A DNA stretch of 64,000 bases from Hypanus sabinus. Taxonomy: Eukaryota. This document shows positions 36,893 to 50,060 of the stretch, piece after piece (within the stretch, counting starts at the first letter, position 1; each line of letters begins with the position of its first letter). Location: positions 4,464,001 through 4,528,000 of the forward strand of contig NC_082717.1 of NCBI RefSeq assembly GCF_030144855.1. The letters are read 5' to 3'. The notes beneath the pieces are model-generated. The model made no database searches and was not told the origin of the DNA. It was given only the letters and a program-made list of their open reading frames with translations. Made by a program: the position numbers and the translations under genes.

Positions 36893-37235
36893 GATTTTAC
36901 ACACCTCCTCAGACTCCTTTATCACCATCTTCTCCTTCCCGTAACCAGCATAACCCCATTTTACACACCTCCTCAGACTCCTTTATCACCATCTTCTCCT
37001 TCCCCTAACCAGCATAACCCCATTTTACACGCCTCCTCAGACTCCTTTATCACCATCTTCCTTCCCCTAACCAGCATAACCCCATTTTACACGCCTCCTC
37101 AGACTTCTTTATCACCATCTTCTCCTTCCCGGAACCAGCATAACCCCATTTTACATGCCTCCTCAGTCCACCGATTACTTCAGACTCCTATTCATACCAC
37201 CTCCTCCCCTCCCGTAACCAGCATAACTTCATTTT
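36893..37235. repeat. About 64-bp pyrimidine-rich minisatellite, about 5 copies
   Basis: Unit acacctcctcagactcctttatcaccatcttctccttcccgtaaccagcataaccccattttac starts at 36901, 36965, 37029, 37091 and 37155. Confidence 0.9.
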
Positions 37236-38612
37236 GCAAGCACTCCCTCCCCATTCTTCAATTACCTCAGACTCCTTTCCCACCACTTCACTTCCTCTCT
37301 TTGGCTGTCTCACTTCTCCATTTTCAGACCTCGTGCACGGGTTTGATCTGAAATGCCAACACTGTCTTTCCTCCCACGGGTGCTGCTCGACCTGATGAGT
37401 TCCTCCAGCAGTTTGCTGTTGCTGTGGATTCCAGCATCGGCCGTCTATTGCGTTCCTACAGAGAGGGATTGAATTGAATTAAATTGACGTTATTATTTAC
37501 ATCCTTCACATACATAAGCAGTAAAAATCTTTTTGTTACGTCTCCATCTAAATATGCAATTTATAATAATTTGCTTGCTTTGGTTAATATGGTTCCTCAA
37601 AACCATTTAGGGTTACATTTCAACTCTGTTACACTGAAGCCGCAGCATCTCTCTTTCTCTTACACTAAAAGCCTCTGCTTTTCATTTGCCCTATTGGCTA
37701 TCGCTGAGTTTCAAGGCAGTACAGACAGGAATCTCAGCAGTATGGAGGAACAGAGAGACCATTAGGTTTTCAAATAATTTTATAGGGTTGCAAGGAAAGC
37801 ATTTGATGTGTTGGCCTTCATAGGTTGGGTGATTGAATTAAAAATCTGTTAGGTAATGTTGCACCTCTGTAAAGCACTAGATAGACCACATTTGGATTAT
37901 TGTGTTTAATTGTGTGCCTCATTTTAGGCAGGATGTTGAAGCCTTAGAGAGGGTGTAGAGGAGACTTACCATAGAAACATAAAAAACCTGCAGCACAATT
38001 GATGCACCATCAATAACTCTAGGAGACGGGAAGTGAACGATAGGTTTTTATTAACAGCAAAAAGGGAGCACGACCATGTTGAAGACTGAGGGAGGAGCAG
38101 TGCCCCAATCACCTTTATACAGGGGTCTGTGGGAGGAGCCGCAGGAGCAGTCAGCAGAGGGGTGTGTCCAGACAGATATATGTAGTTTACCACAATAATA
38201 CAGGCCCTTCGGCCCACAATGCTGTGCCGAACATGTACTTACTTCAGAAATTACTAGGCTTACCCATCGCCCTCTATTTTGCGAAGCTCCAGGTACCTCT
38301 CCAGGAGTCTCATAAAATACCTTATCGTATCCACCTCCACCACCATCACGGGCAGCCCATTCTACGCAGTCACCACTCTCTGCGTAAACAAACTTACCCC
38401 TGACATCTCCTCTGTACATACTTCCAAGCACATTGAAACTGTGCCCTCTCATGTTAACCATTTCAGCCCTGGAAAAAAGCCTCTGACTATCCACGCGATC
38501 AATGCCCCTCATTATCTTATACGCCTCTGTCAGGTCACCTCTCAACCTCTGTCATTCCAAGAAGAAAAGGTCAAGTTAACTCAAACTATTCTCATATGGT
38601 ATGCTGCACTTA

Positions 38613-38680
38613 GTTAGGCCACATAACTCTGGTTAGGCCACATAACTCTGGTTAGGCCACATAACTCTGGTTAGGCCACA
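38613..38680 (+). repeat. 19-bp tandem repeat (3.5 copies) at a CR1 5' junction
   Basis: gttaggccacataactctg x3, then gttaggccaca continuing into CR1 sequence (cttggagtac). Confidence 0.9.
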
Positions 38681-39975
38681 CTTGGAGTACAGCATCCAGT
38701 TCTGGTCGCCTCAGTATAGGAAGGATGTGGAAACATTGGAAAGGGTACAGAGGAGATTTACCAGGATGCTGCCTGGTTTAGAGAGTATGGATTATGATCA
38801 GAGATTAAGGGAGCTAGGGCTTTACTCTTTGTAGAGAAGCAGGATGAGAGGAGACATGATAGAGATGTACAAGATATTAAGAGGAATAGACAGAGTGGAC
38901 AACCAGCACCTCTTCCCCAGGGCACCACTGCTCAGTACAAGAGGACATGGCTTTAAGGTAAGGGGAGGGAAGTTCAAGGGGGATATTAGAGGAAGGTGTT
39001 TCACTCAGATAGTGGTTGGTGTGTGAAATGCTCTGCCTGAGTCAGTGGTGGAGGCAGATACACTAGTGAAGTTTAAGAGACTACTAGACAGGCATATGAA
39101 GGAATTTAAGGTGGGGGGTTATGTAGGAGGCAGGGTTTGAGGGTCGGCACAAAAATGTGGACTGAAGGGCCTGTAATGTGCTGTACTATTCTATGTTCTA
39201 TGTTCTAGTTCTATGTTCTCCAATCCAGGCAACATCCTTGTAAATCTCCTCTGCACCCTTTCTATGTTTTCCACACCCTTCCTGTAGTGAGGTGACCAGA
39301 ACTGAGCAAAGTATTCTAAGTGAGGTCTTACCAGGGTCCTATTTAGCTGTAACAGTACCTCTTGGCTCTTAAACTTAATCCTACTTGGTTGATGAAGCCC
39401 AGTGCACTGTATACCTTCTTAACCACAGAGTCAACCTACGCAGTAGCTTTGAGTGACTCAGACCCGAAGATCCCTCTGATCCTCCACACTGCCAAGAGTC
39501 TTACCATTAATACGATACTCTGCCATCATATTTGACCTACCAAAATGAATCAACTCACACTTATCTGGGTTGAACTCCATCTGCCACTTGTCAGCTTAGT
39601 TTTTATCCCATCAATGTCCCACTTTAGCCCGGACAGCCCTCCACACTATTCACAACAACCCCAACCTTTTTTGTTATCAGATAATTTACTAACTCATCCC
39701 TCCACTTCTTCCTCCAAGTCATTTATAAAGATGATGAAGAGAAGGTGTTCCCAGAACATATCCCTGAGGCACATCACTGGTCATCGACCTCCATGCAGAA
39801 TATAACCCGTCTATAACCAATTTTTGGCTTCTGTCTTCAAGCCAGTTCTGGATCCACAAAGAGATGTCCCCTTAAGATTCCATAAAGGAACAACAGCTGA
39901 AACCCTCCTGTCCTCTTCTTTAATGTCTATATGCTCAAGCTTTTCAATCCACTGTAAGTCATCCCAACAATCGCC

Positions 39976-40039
39976 AAGCAACACACACAAAATGCTGGTG
40001 GAACACAGCAGGCCAGGCAGCATTTTGTGTGTGTTGCTT
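39976..40039. repeat. Perfect 22-bp inverted repeat with a 20-nt loop (collapsed copy of the 55346 hairpin repeat)
   Basis: aagcaacacacacaaaatgctg ... cagcattttgtgtgtgttgctt. Confidence 0.85.
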
Positions 40040-41822
40040 AAATTTCCAGCATCTGCAGATTTCCGATTTGCCTGTGTTTGCTAAAAATCACCAAGATCTT
40101 TTTCCGTCATGAATACTGAAGCAAAGTATTCATTAATTACCTCAGTTATCTCCTCCAGTTCCATACACACTTTTCCACTGTCACATTTGATTCATCCTAT
40201 TCTCTCACATCTTATCCTCTTGCTTTTAACATACTTGTAGAATGCCTTGGTGTTTTCTTTAATCCTGCTTGCCAAGGCCTTCTCATGGCCCTTTCTGGCT
40301 CTCCTAATTTAATTCTTAAGATCCTTCCTGCTAACCTTATAACCTTCTAGATCTCTATAATTACCTAGTTTTTTGAACTTTCATAAGTTCTTTTTTTCTT
40401 CTTGACTAGATTTACAACAGCCTTTGCACACCATGGTTCCTGGACCCTGCCATCCTTTCCCTATCTCATTGGAACGTAGCTATGCAGAATGCCATGCCAT
40501 CCCTTGAACATTTGCCCCATTTCTTCCGTACATTCCCCTATGTTCCCAATTTATGTTTCCAATTTCCTTCCAGATAGCCTCATATTTCCCCTTACTCTGA
40601 TTAAACCCTTTTCTAACTTGTCTGTTTCTATCCCTCTCCAATGCTATGGTAAAGGAGATAGAACTGTAATCAATACCTCCAAAATGTTCTCCCACTGAGA
40701 GATCTGACACCTGATCAGGTTAATTTCCCAATACCAGATCAAGTACAGCCTCTCCTCTTGAAGGCTTATCTACATATTGTGTCAAGAAACCTCCCTGAAC
40801 ACACCTAACAAACTCTACCCCATCTAAACCCCTCGCTCTCGGGAGATGCCAAACAATATTTGAGAAAGTAAGATCTCCCTCCACAACAACCTAGTAATTA
40901 TTACAGCTTTCCAGAATCTTCCTCTCTATCTGTTCTTCAATGTCACTGTTACTATTGGGTAGTCTATAAAAAATGCCCAGTAGAGTTACTGACCCTTTCT
41001 TATTTCTAACTTCCACCCACAAAGCCTCTGTAGACAACCCCTCCATGACTTCCTCCTTTTCTGCAACCATGACACTATCTCTGATCAACAGTGCCACACC
41101 CCACGTCTTTTGCCTTCCTCCCTGTCCTTCCTGAGACTTCTAGAGCTTGGCAGTTGAAGTAACCATTCCTGTCCCTGTGATTCAGATTTCTGGATCACTG
41201 GGACCACTTTTGGGGCAGGCGTGACCTGTGCGATAAAACAGGTTGCACTTGAATCTGAGAGGGACCAATATCCTGGCAGGGAGGTTTACTAAGGCTACTG
41301 GTGAGAATTTAAACTAGATTTGCTGGGGCAATGGACTAATGTTCTTGAAGCTCCATTACAAGGATGCTACCTCAATTAAAGAGCATGTCGTATGTTGAGT
41401 GAACTACGTTATTTTCTTCGGAGTGAAGGAGGATGAGAGATGGCTTAATAGAGGTGTTCAAGATGGCAAGTGTTGTAGATCGAGTGGAGAGCCAGAGACT
41501 TCCTCGGGGTGGAAACGGCAGCTATAAACAAGCTGAATCTTAAGGCGGTCAGTGAAAGTACAGGTCGGTTATTTTACATGGGGTGGTGGCATGTGGAATG
41601 CTCTGCCAGGTGGGTGGCAGAGGCAGATACATTAGGTACATTTAAGAGGCTTTTAAATAGGACCATGAATAATCGGAAAAGGAGAACTATGTAGAAGAGA
41701 AGGGTTGGATGAATCTTAGAGTCGGTTAAAAGTCTGGCACAACATCAAGGACACATTGTGTTTGTTCTTTAAATGTATTTCTATGCTCTGTCACAGTGTC
41801 TACGATTGTGCAGTCATGGTCG

Positions 41823-42008
41823 TTCTCAGGAAGTAATGACAATTCCACTCAATGTGAGAAACCACATATAGCAGCCATTAACCTCACTCCTGTAACTGCT
41901 GAGCGGCAGCTGTGGAATGTCTGAGTCAGTTAGAAACCAGCCATGCTTACTGTCATGTGGACAAACACACTGAGATACACGGCCAATGAAAAACCTGTTT
42001 GCTGTGGT
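41823..42008. promoter_or_regulatory. Candidate lymphocyte enhancer 3' of the receptor gene
   Basis: A unique island between repeats. It has TTCTCAGGAA (TTC-N4-GAA) overlapping ETS CAGGAAGT (41827-34), RUNX AACCACA (41860-66), E-box CAGCTG (41907-12), AICE-type TGAGTCA-gtta-GAAA (41922-36) and RUNX TGTGGT (42003-08). Confidence 0.45.
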
Positions 42009-42359
42009 ATTACAGGTACATTAGGACACAAAATGCACAATTATAGAATTGCAGAACAAACCGCAAATGAGACAGGAGTGCAAAAGGAAAGGCACATTCA
42101 GGGGCAAACGTGCAAGAGTTGGTCCGTAGTGTTGGGTTGCCGAGGGAGGGTGATGGTTTGGCAGAACCTGATCGTGACTCATCCTGATTTCAGGGTTAGG
42201 TTACCTCCCTTCGTTGGTAGCTGTGAGACGAGGGCATGTTCCGGATCGGGTAGATGCCGTCCTCCTCAGGCAACATTTGCTGTAGCTGCCGTCAGTGGTG
42301 GGGAGAGCTGCGTCCATGATGGGCCTGACCTGGTCCACCATCAGATGCTCATCTGAAAG

Positions 42360-43133
42360 CCAGAAAGTCAGAGGAGCAGAATTAGTCCATTCAGCCCATC
42401 AAATATCTCCACTATTCCGTCCTGGCTGATACTGGATCCCACTCAACCCAATACACATGCCTTCTCGCCATATCCATTGAAACTCTAACCGATCAGGAAA
42501 TGATCAACTCTCACCTTAAACATACACATGAACTGGGCAGAATACTTCACAGATTCACTACAATCTGGCTAAAAAAATTCTCCTTAACTCTGTTCAAAAA
42601 GATCACTCCTCACTTTTGAAGCTGTGCCCTCCAGTTCTGGATTCCCCACAGCATAGGAAACATCTTCTCCATGTCCACCCTATCTAGTCCTTTCAACATC
42701 CGGTAGGTTTCAATGAGATATCCATGCATTCTTCTAAATTCCAGTGAGTACAGGCCCAAAGCTGACAAACACTCCTCATGTGTTAACTCCTTCATTCCCA
42801 GCATCATCCTCGTGAACCTCCTCTGGATTCTCTCCAATGACAACACATCCCTTCTGAGATATGGGACCCAAGACTGTTGACAATACTCCAAGTGTGGCCT
42901 GACTAGTATCTTATAAAGGCTCATCATTGTCTTCTTGCATTTATATTCCATTCGCCTTGAACCAAATGGCATTTGCTTTCTTTTCCACAGACTCAACCTG
43001 TAAATTAACCTTCTGGGAGTCTTGCACGAGGACTCCCAATTCCCTCTTCACCTCTGATGCTTGAAACTTCTCCCCATTTAGATAATAGTCTGTACTATTG
43101 TTTCTTTTACCAAAATGCATTATCATACATTTC
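42360..43133 (-). mobile_element. CR1 LINE 3' fragment
   Basis: ORF 42610..42996 (LVRPHLEYCQQSWVPYLRRD). Confidence 0.8.
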
Positions 43134-44172
43134 TGTGATGGTTCAGTCTGAAGTCCGTGGGCACTTGACTCCGGGTTTTCCAGCGGTCCCTTGCTGCGTT
43201 TGGTCTTAAACAGAAACACCTGAGGCTCACATTGGAACTGGGAATACAAGTGGCCCTCGCATTGAGTGTGGTTGGGGATTGTCTTCTCAAGACCGGTGGA
43301 AGGCTAGAATAGACTCTTGCCATCCTTGGGCCTGTGTGGGAGAACCACGGCTTCTGGGAGCCTTGCTGGTAGTAGTCGGAGTGGTCATTGTGGTAGGGAT
43401 TCAGCTGTTTCCCAGGCCAGCTGGGTGTCTGTCAGCCACTCTGAGCCAGGTAGGGATCCGGATGCTTCTGTAGTCAGCCAAAGCTGCTGGCTGTAACGGC
43501 TACTCGGAGCTACCCTGATGCAGAGATGGAACTGTCTGTTGTTCTTTGGTGTTTGTCTCTTCCTGCCCTTGTCTCTGTGGGGTAAGTCAGGCCATTCTGC
43601 TGTTGCCCTGTGGGGGGGATCTGTCTTGTCTTTGCCTCTGTTGGGTAGGTCAGGCTATTCTGCCATTACCTGATGGATGGTCCTGCCCCACCTTGGTGTA
43701 GAATTATAGATGACTCCTGGCTTGTCGGTGGATAAGTTTGTGTACTGTCCTGTTTCATGTCAGTATCCTGTTAAAGATGAGTCCTGGCTTGTTGGAGGAT
43801 GTCCTGGCTCCATGTTGATGTACAGTTCCTAGTCTGCCCCTAGCTCTAGCCTTGGGATATCCAAGTTCCAAGAGCCCAGCCTCGACCCAAGCCTCATCAC
43901 ATCCTCGCCTGGGTTTGGGGGTCTGGGCCCGAGGCAAGACACAGGTTCTGGGTCCTTGTCCAGTCTTGGGCATGGACCCTTCTCCTTCCTCCACCACAGC
44001 TTCACCCTTCTGCTGCTGAGGAAGCTCATGGGTGATGCTTCTCTGCTGGGATGTCAGATCATGGCGATTCCCCACCTTGTCCCAAGCACTGTGGCAGAAA
44101 TTTACACTTCCTTTAACCTTTAAGGTACACTGTCCTGTTGTCTAGTCACGACAGTGGGAGTTCATACCGGTT
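43134..44172 (+). mobile_element. Putative LTR (43134-44153, TG...CA) followed by a degenerate tRNA-Pro-like PBS
   Basis: Starts tgtgatgg and ends gtcacgaca. It is followed by tgggagttcataccggtt, 12/18 identical to TGGGGGCTCGTCCGGGAT. No TSD and no recognisable gag. Confidence 0.35.
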
Positions 44173-45602
44173 GTTCATCCTGTGGGTGGGGCTGGGTCTC
44201 CGTGCAGTCCTGGGGTTGCACCAATTCCTGCAATGCTCAGGGGAGACCTGGTGCTCGGGATGTCTTTGATCGGTAACTGGGTATGGTATCCTCTGCCTGC
44301 ACTGTCAGGCCCTCTTCCTGTTGGTGGAAAGACTAGGCGCACAGGAACCCAGTGGAGCAAAGTCGAGTTGATTGTCCTGGGCTGACATCGATGTATGCAC
44401 GGGTGGAATAGAAAACCTACCAGCAGCAGTGTCACAGGCATAGGGTTGGTGGAGAGGGATGGGCCAGTGCTCATCTTGCTGCTCCTTGGGTTTCCTCCTC
44501 TCTGAGCTGAACTGAGGGTGTGGTTGCAACTAACGGGTTCCTGGATCGGCTGCAGCGGTGACCAGTTTCATGCCCGTGGATTCACTTTCGTGACATTCCG
44601 TTCTGAATGTTATTTGCTCACTTTCACTTTTGCACAATTTGTTTGGTTTCTCTGCACACTGGGTGTTTGCCAGTTCTTGTTTGTAAAGGGTTCTATCGGG
44701 TTTCTTTGTTTTGTGGTTGTGAATCTCACTCTTGAATTCAGTGTATATTGAACTTTTTGAGCCCATGGACATACCAGTCAGGCTACAGACTGTTCCAAAC
44801 CCAGTGGCGTTTGTTTGGTACAAGGGCAGGGGAATCTGATTCACAGACCCTCACACAAAAATGATGCCCGGATTGCAGGACTTTAGTTATAGGGACAGAC
44901 TGGTTAGACCGGGTTATGCGCTGCCCAGTGTAGTGATAGAAGCAGTTGCATTAGGGACATTTAAGAGAGTCTAAGATAGGTACATTTATTATCAATAAAA
45001 TTGAAAGCATGCAGATAACATTTACAAGAATATTCCGGGATGTGAGGATCTGAGTGCAGGGAAAGGTTGAATAAGTTCGAATATTATTCATCGGAGCATA
45101 GGAGAATGAGGTGAGATTTGATAGAGGTATACAAAACTATGAGCGGGGTAAATACAATCTGGCTTTTTCCACTGAGGTTGGATGAGACTAGGACTAGAGG
45201 TTGAGAGGGAACATGAGGGGGAATTGTTCACTCAGAGTGTGGAATGAGCTGATAGTGGGTGTGAGTTTGAATTCCATAGTTAAGAGAAGTTTCGATGGGT
45301 ACACGGATGGGAATGGTATGGAGGGCTATGGAGGGATGAAGCAGTATAATAGTTTGACACAGACTAGATGGGCCAAAGGGGCTGTTTTTTGCACTGCAGT
45401 GCTCGATGACTCTATGGTGACAGAGGGATACATGAAAGAGTAAAACATAGAGGGCTGCAGGCAACATGACTGATGAAGAGTCTGACTACAGAGAGCCAGT
45501 ATGGGCTTGAAGGGACAAAAATATCCCTGTTCCTTGCTGCAGCAATTGCTTTTCTTTCAAATGTATTTGTCCACAGGATACAATTGTCACAGGCAAGTGA
45601 GT

Positions 45603-48600
45603 AGACAATAGACAATAGGTGCAGAAGTAGACCATTCAGCCCCTCGAGTCTGCACCGCCATTCTGAGATCATGGCTGATCATTCACTATCAATACCCAGT
45701 CCCTGCCTTGTCCCCATATCCCTTGATTCCCCTATCCATCAGATATCTATCCAGCTCCTTCTTGAAAGCATCCAGAGAATTGGCCTCCACCGTCTTCCGA
45801 GGCAGTGCATTCCACACCTCCACAACTCTCTGGGAGAAGAAGTTCTTCCTCAACTCTGTTTTAAATAACTGACCTCTTATTCTCAATCCATGCCCTCTGG
45901 TACTGGACTCTAACAACATCTGGAACATATTTCCTGCCTCAATCCTATCAAATCCTTTAATTATCTTAAACGTTTCAATCAGATCCCCTCTTAATCTCAA
46001 TTCCAGTGTGTACAAGCCCAATCTCTCCAATCTCTCTGTATAAGACAGCCCTGCCATCCCAGGAATCAACTTAGTGAATCTACGCTGCACTTCCTCAATT
46101 GCCAGAATGTCCTTCCTTAAACCTGGAGACCAAAACTGTACACAATATTCCAGGTGTGGTCTCACCAGGGCCCTGTACAAATGCAAAAGGACATCCTTGC
46201 TCTTGTACTCAATTTCCCTTGTAATAAAGGCCAACATTCCATTTGCCCTCTTCACTGCCTGTTGCACTTGCTCATTCACCTTCATTAACTGATGAACTAG
46301 GACTCCTAGGTCTCTTTGCATTTCTCCCTTACCTAACTCTACACCTTTCAGACAATACTCTGCCCTCTTGTTCCTGCTTCCAAAGTGGATAACTTCACAT
46401 TTATTCACATTGAATGACATCTGCCAAGTATCTGCCCACTCACCCAGCTTATCCAAGTCTCCCTGTATTCTCCTAACGTCCTCTTCGCATGTCACACTGC
46501 CACCCAGTTTAATATCGTCAGCGAACTTGCTGATATAGTTTTCAATGCCCTCATCTAAATCGTTGACATAAATCGTAAAGAGCTGTGGTCCCAATACAGA
46601 GCCCTGTGGTACCCCGCTAGTCACCTCCAGCCAGTCCAAGAAACACCCATTCACTGCTACCCTTTGCTTTCTATCTGCCAACCAGTTTTCTATCCATGTT
46701 GAAACCCTGCCCCCAATGCCATGAGCTCTGATTTTACTCACCAATCTCCTATGTGGCACCTTATCGAATGCCTTCTGAAAATCTAGGTATACAACATCCA
46801 CTGGCTTACCCTCGTCTAACATCTTTGTTACACCCTCAAAAAACTCCAACAGATTAGTCAAGCATGATTTCCCCTTGGTAAACCCATGCTAGCTCGGCCT
46901 AATCCTATTACAGCCATTAAGATATGCCACTATTTCGTCCTTAATAATGGACTCAAGCATCTTCCCCACGACTGACATTAGGCTAACAGGGCGATAGTTC
47001 TCTGTTTTCTCCTTCCCTCCCTTCTTGAAAAGTGGGATAACATTAGCCACTCTCCAATCTTCAGGAACTGATCATGAATCTAAGGAACATTGGAAAATGA
47101 TTGCCAATGCATCCGCAATTTCCTGAGCCACCTCTTTTAGAACCCTCGGATGCAGACCATCTGGACCCGGGGATTTATTAGCCTTCTGTCCTATCAGTCT
47201 ACTCATCACAGTTTCTTTCCTAATGTCAATCTGTTTCAATTCCTCTGATATCTTATGACCCTGGCCCATCCATACATCTGGGAGATTGCTTGTGTCCTCC
47301 CTGGTGAAGACAGATCTAAAGTACGCATTAAATTCTGTTGCCATTTCCCTGTTTCCCATAACAATTTCTCCCAATTCATTCTTCAAGGGGCCAACATTGT
47401 TCTTAACTATCTTCTTTCTCTTCACATAGCTAAAAAAGCTTTTGCTATCCCCTTTTATATTCCTGGCAAGACTGAGCTCATACCTGATTTTTTTCTCTGC
47501 ATATTGCTTTTTTAGTTAAGATCTGCTGTTCCTTAAAACTTTCCCAATCATCTGTATTCCCACTCATCTTAGCCCTGTCATACTTCTTTTTCTTTAATGC
47601 TATACAATCTCTGACTTCCTTTGTCAACCACTGTGGCCCCTTCCCCCTCTTTGAATCCTTCCTTCTCATTGGAATGAACTGCTTTTGCATCTTTTGTATT
47701 ATCCCCAAGAATATCTGCCACTGCTGATCCACTGTCTTTCCTGCCAGGACATCCGCCCATTTAACTTTGGCCAGCTCTTCCCTCATGGCTCCGTAGTCTC
47801 CTTTATTTAATTGCAACACTGACACCTCTGATCTGCCCTTATCCCTCTCAAGTTGTAGATAAAAACTTATCATGTTATGATCACTACCTCCTAATGACTC
47901 CTTTACTTCAAGATCACTTATCAATTCCTGTTCATTACACATCACCAAGTCCAAAATAGCCTCGTTCCTGGTTGGCTCAAGCACAAGCTGTTCCAAAAAT
48001 ACATCCCTTAGACACTCCACAAACTCCCTATCCTGGGGTCCAGCACCTACCTGATTCTCCCAGTTCACCTGCATGTTGAAATCTCCCATAACGACTGCAT
48101 TACCTTTAGCACATGCCAATGTTAACTCCCTAATCAATTTGTACCCAATATCCACGCTACTGTTTGGGGGCCTGTACACAACACCCATTAGGGTCTTTTT
48201 ACCCTTACTGTTCCTCAGCTCAATCTACACAGACTCTACTTCCCCTGTTCCTAAGTCACCCCTTGCTAAGGACTGAATCTCATTCCTCACCAACAGGGCC
48301 ACCCCACCCCCTCTTCCCATATTTCTGTCTCTACGATAGCACGTATACCCTGGTACACTCAATTCCCAGGCCTGATCCCCTTGCAGCCATGTCTCCGTTA
48401 TCCCAACAATATCGTAGTTCCCCATTTTCATCTGAGCTTCAAACTCATCTGTCTTATTTCTGACACTACGCGCATTCAAGTATAGGATTCTTAGCCCATT
48501 CCTCCTCTCTTTGCTTAAAACACTGTCTATTGTACCTAACCCAGCTCCTTGAAATTCCAGCAGGCTAATTGCACCTTGAATTTTGATGACCTTCTCAAGA

Positions 48601-50060
48601 TCACCCAAACCTTCTACACATTTAACCCCATGCTCCTTCTGACCAACCCTCTGTACATGTAACTTTTCCAACACATGTTCTGTCTCACCTTTCTCCTTTA
48701 CACAATTAATATTTGGGAAACGTGTATTCCCCACCTGTCCCTTATCCTTCATCATATCATCTTCTCTTGTATTCTGGATCCCTGCCCCCTGCACATCTAG
48801 TTTAAACCCCCCCGAGCAGCACTGGCAAACATTCCTGAAAGAATGTTAGTACCCCTCCGGTTCAGATGTAGACTGTCCCTTTGAAACAGATCCCAACGTC
48901 CCTGGAACAAAGACCAATTATCCAAAAACCTGAACCCTTCCTTCCTGCACCATGCCCTCAGCCTCGTATTGATGTGCAAAATCATTCTATTCTTCGCCTC
49001 ACTCGCACGTGGCACAGGTAGCAATCCCGAGATTGTCACCCTGGAGGTCCTGCCTTTCAGCTTCACTCCTAACTCCCTGAACTCTCTAAGCAGGACCCCC
49101 TCACTCACCTTACCTACATCGTTGGTCCCTACATGGACCACTACATCTGGGTTCATGCCCTCGTTCTCAAGAATAGCCTGCACCTGATCTGAGATGTCCC
49201 AGACCCTGGCACCAGGGAGGCAACATACCATCCGAGACTCCCGATCTGCCCTACAAAATCTTCTATCTGCCCCCCTGACTATAGAATCCCCTAAAACTAT
49301 CGCTCTCTTCTCTTCCCTCCTCCCCTTCCTAGTTGAGGGTTCAACCTCTGTGCCAGAGGCAGGACCACTACAACTCATTCCTGGTAGGTCATCCCCATCA
49401 ACAGTATCCAGTACGGTATACTTATTGTTAATGGGAATGGCCGCAGGGGTGCTCTGCTCTCTCTGCCTGCTCCCCCTGCCTCTCTGGACCGTCACCCATC
49501 TGCCTACTTCTTGGATTTTTGGTGTGACTACCTCCTGATAACTCCTATCTATCTCTGCCTCTGCCTCCCGAATGATCCGTAGTTCATCCAGCTCCTGCTC
49601 CAACTCCCTAACTCGGGCTGATAGGAGCTGCAGCTGGACGCACCTCTTGCAGGTGTGGTCATCAGGGACAACTGTGTTGACCCTGACTTCCCACATACTG
49701 CATACGGAGCACACCACTGCTCTGACTGTCTCCCCCATACCTGAACTGGATTGATAGAATAAGTCTAAAAAGCACCTAGCGACCTTACCTTCTTCCCCTC
49801 AGCGAGCAATCACACAGCCTTACCGAAGTCCCCTTACGCCGAAGCCCACTTAGCCAAAGCCCAGGACTCTGCTTCCACGGACTCCGCTGCCCGTTCTGAA
49901 AACAAGTCCTGCCTTTTAAAGTGTGCGCTCGATGCTGACATCACTCGCGCCTGCGCAGTTCCCCCTCCTCCACAGGTATTGACCAGGTAGGCTTAAATCC
50001 TACCTACACAGTCGAATTCTCTGAGATCCCAGCTGAATCACAAGCTGTAACTTCCTCCCG
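45603..50060 (-). mobile_element. Full-length, relatively young CR1 LINE: intact ORF1, ORF2 with a few stops or frameshifts
   Basis: ORF1 48797..49738 (313 aa; CxxC zinc finger, coiled coil, SGNH esterase GDSIVRG/GTND). ORF2 pieces 48225..48794, 47478..48188, 47072..47425 and 45689..46861 (390-aa RT, FADD). (agacaat)n tail at 45603. Confidence 0.95.

Larger units (their letters stand above)
37960..41170. mobile_element. CR1 fragments in both orientations (- 38215-38600; + 38600-39200; - 39210-41170)
   Basis: ORFs 38051..38545, 38844..39026, 40480..40710 and 40891..41097 carry CR1 RT or endonuclease motifs. Confidence 0.75.

Noticed and set aside
41797-41836. Acceptor followed by VYDCAVMVVLRK* as an extra tyrosine-motif exon
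   Set aside because: It needs phase 2, which does not match exon 7 (phase 1), and it lies beyond the poly(A) signal. The region fits a regulatory island better.
43123-44844. Several 60-106 aa ORFs as gag or cellular genes
   Set aside because: No recognisable gag, pol or other domain motifs; these are chance ORFs in GC-richer sequence.
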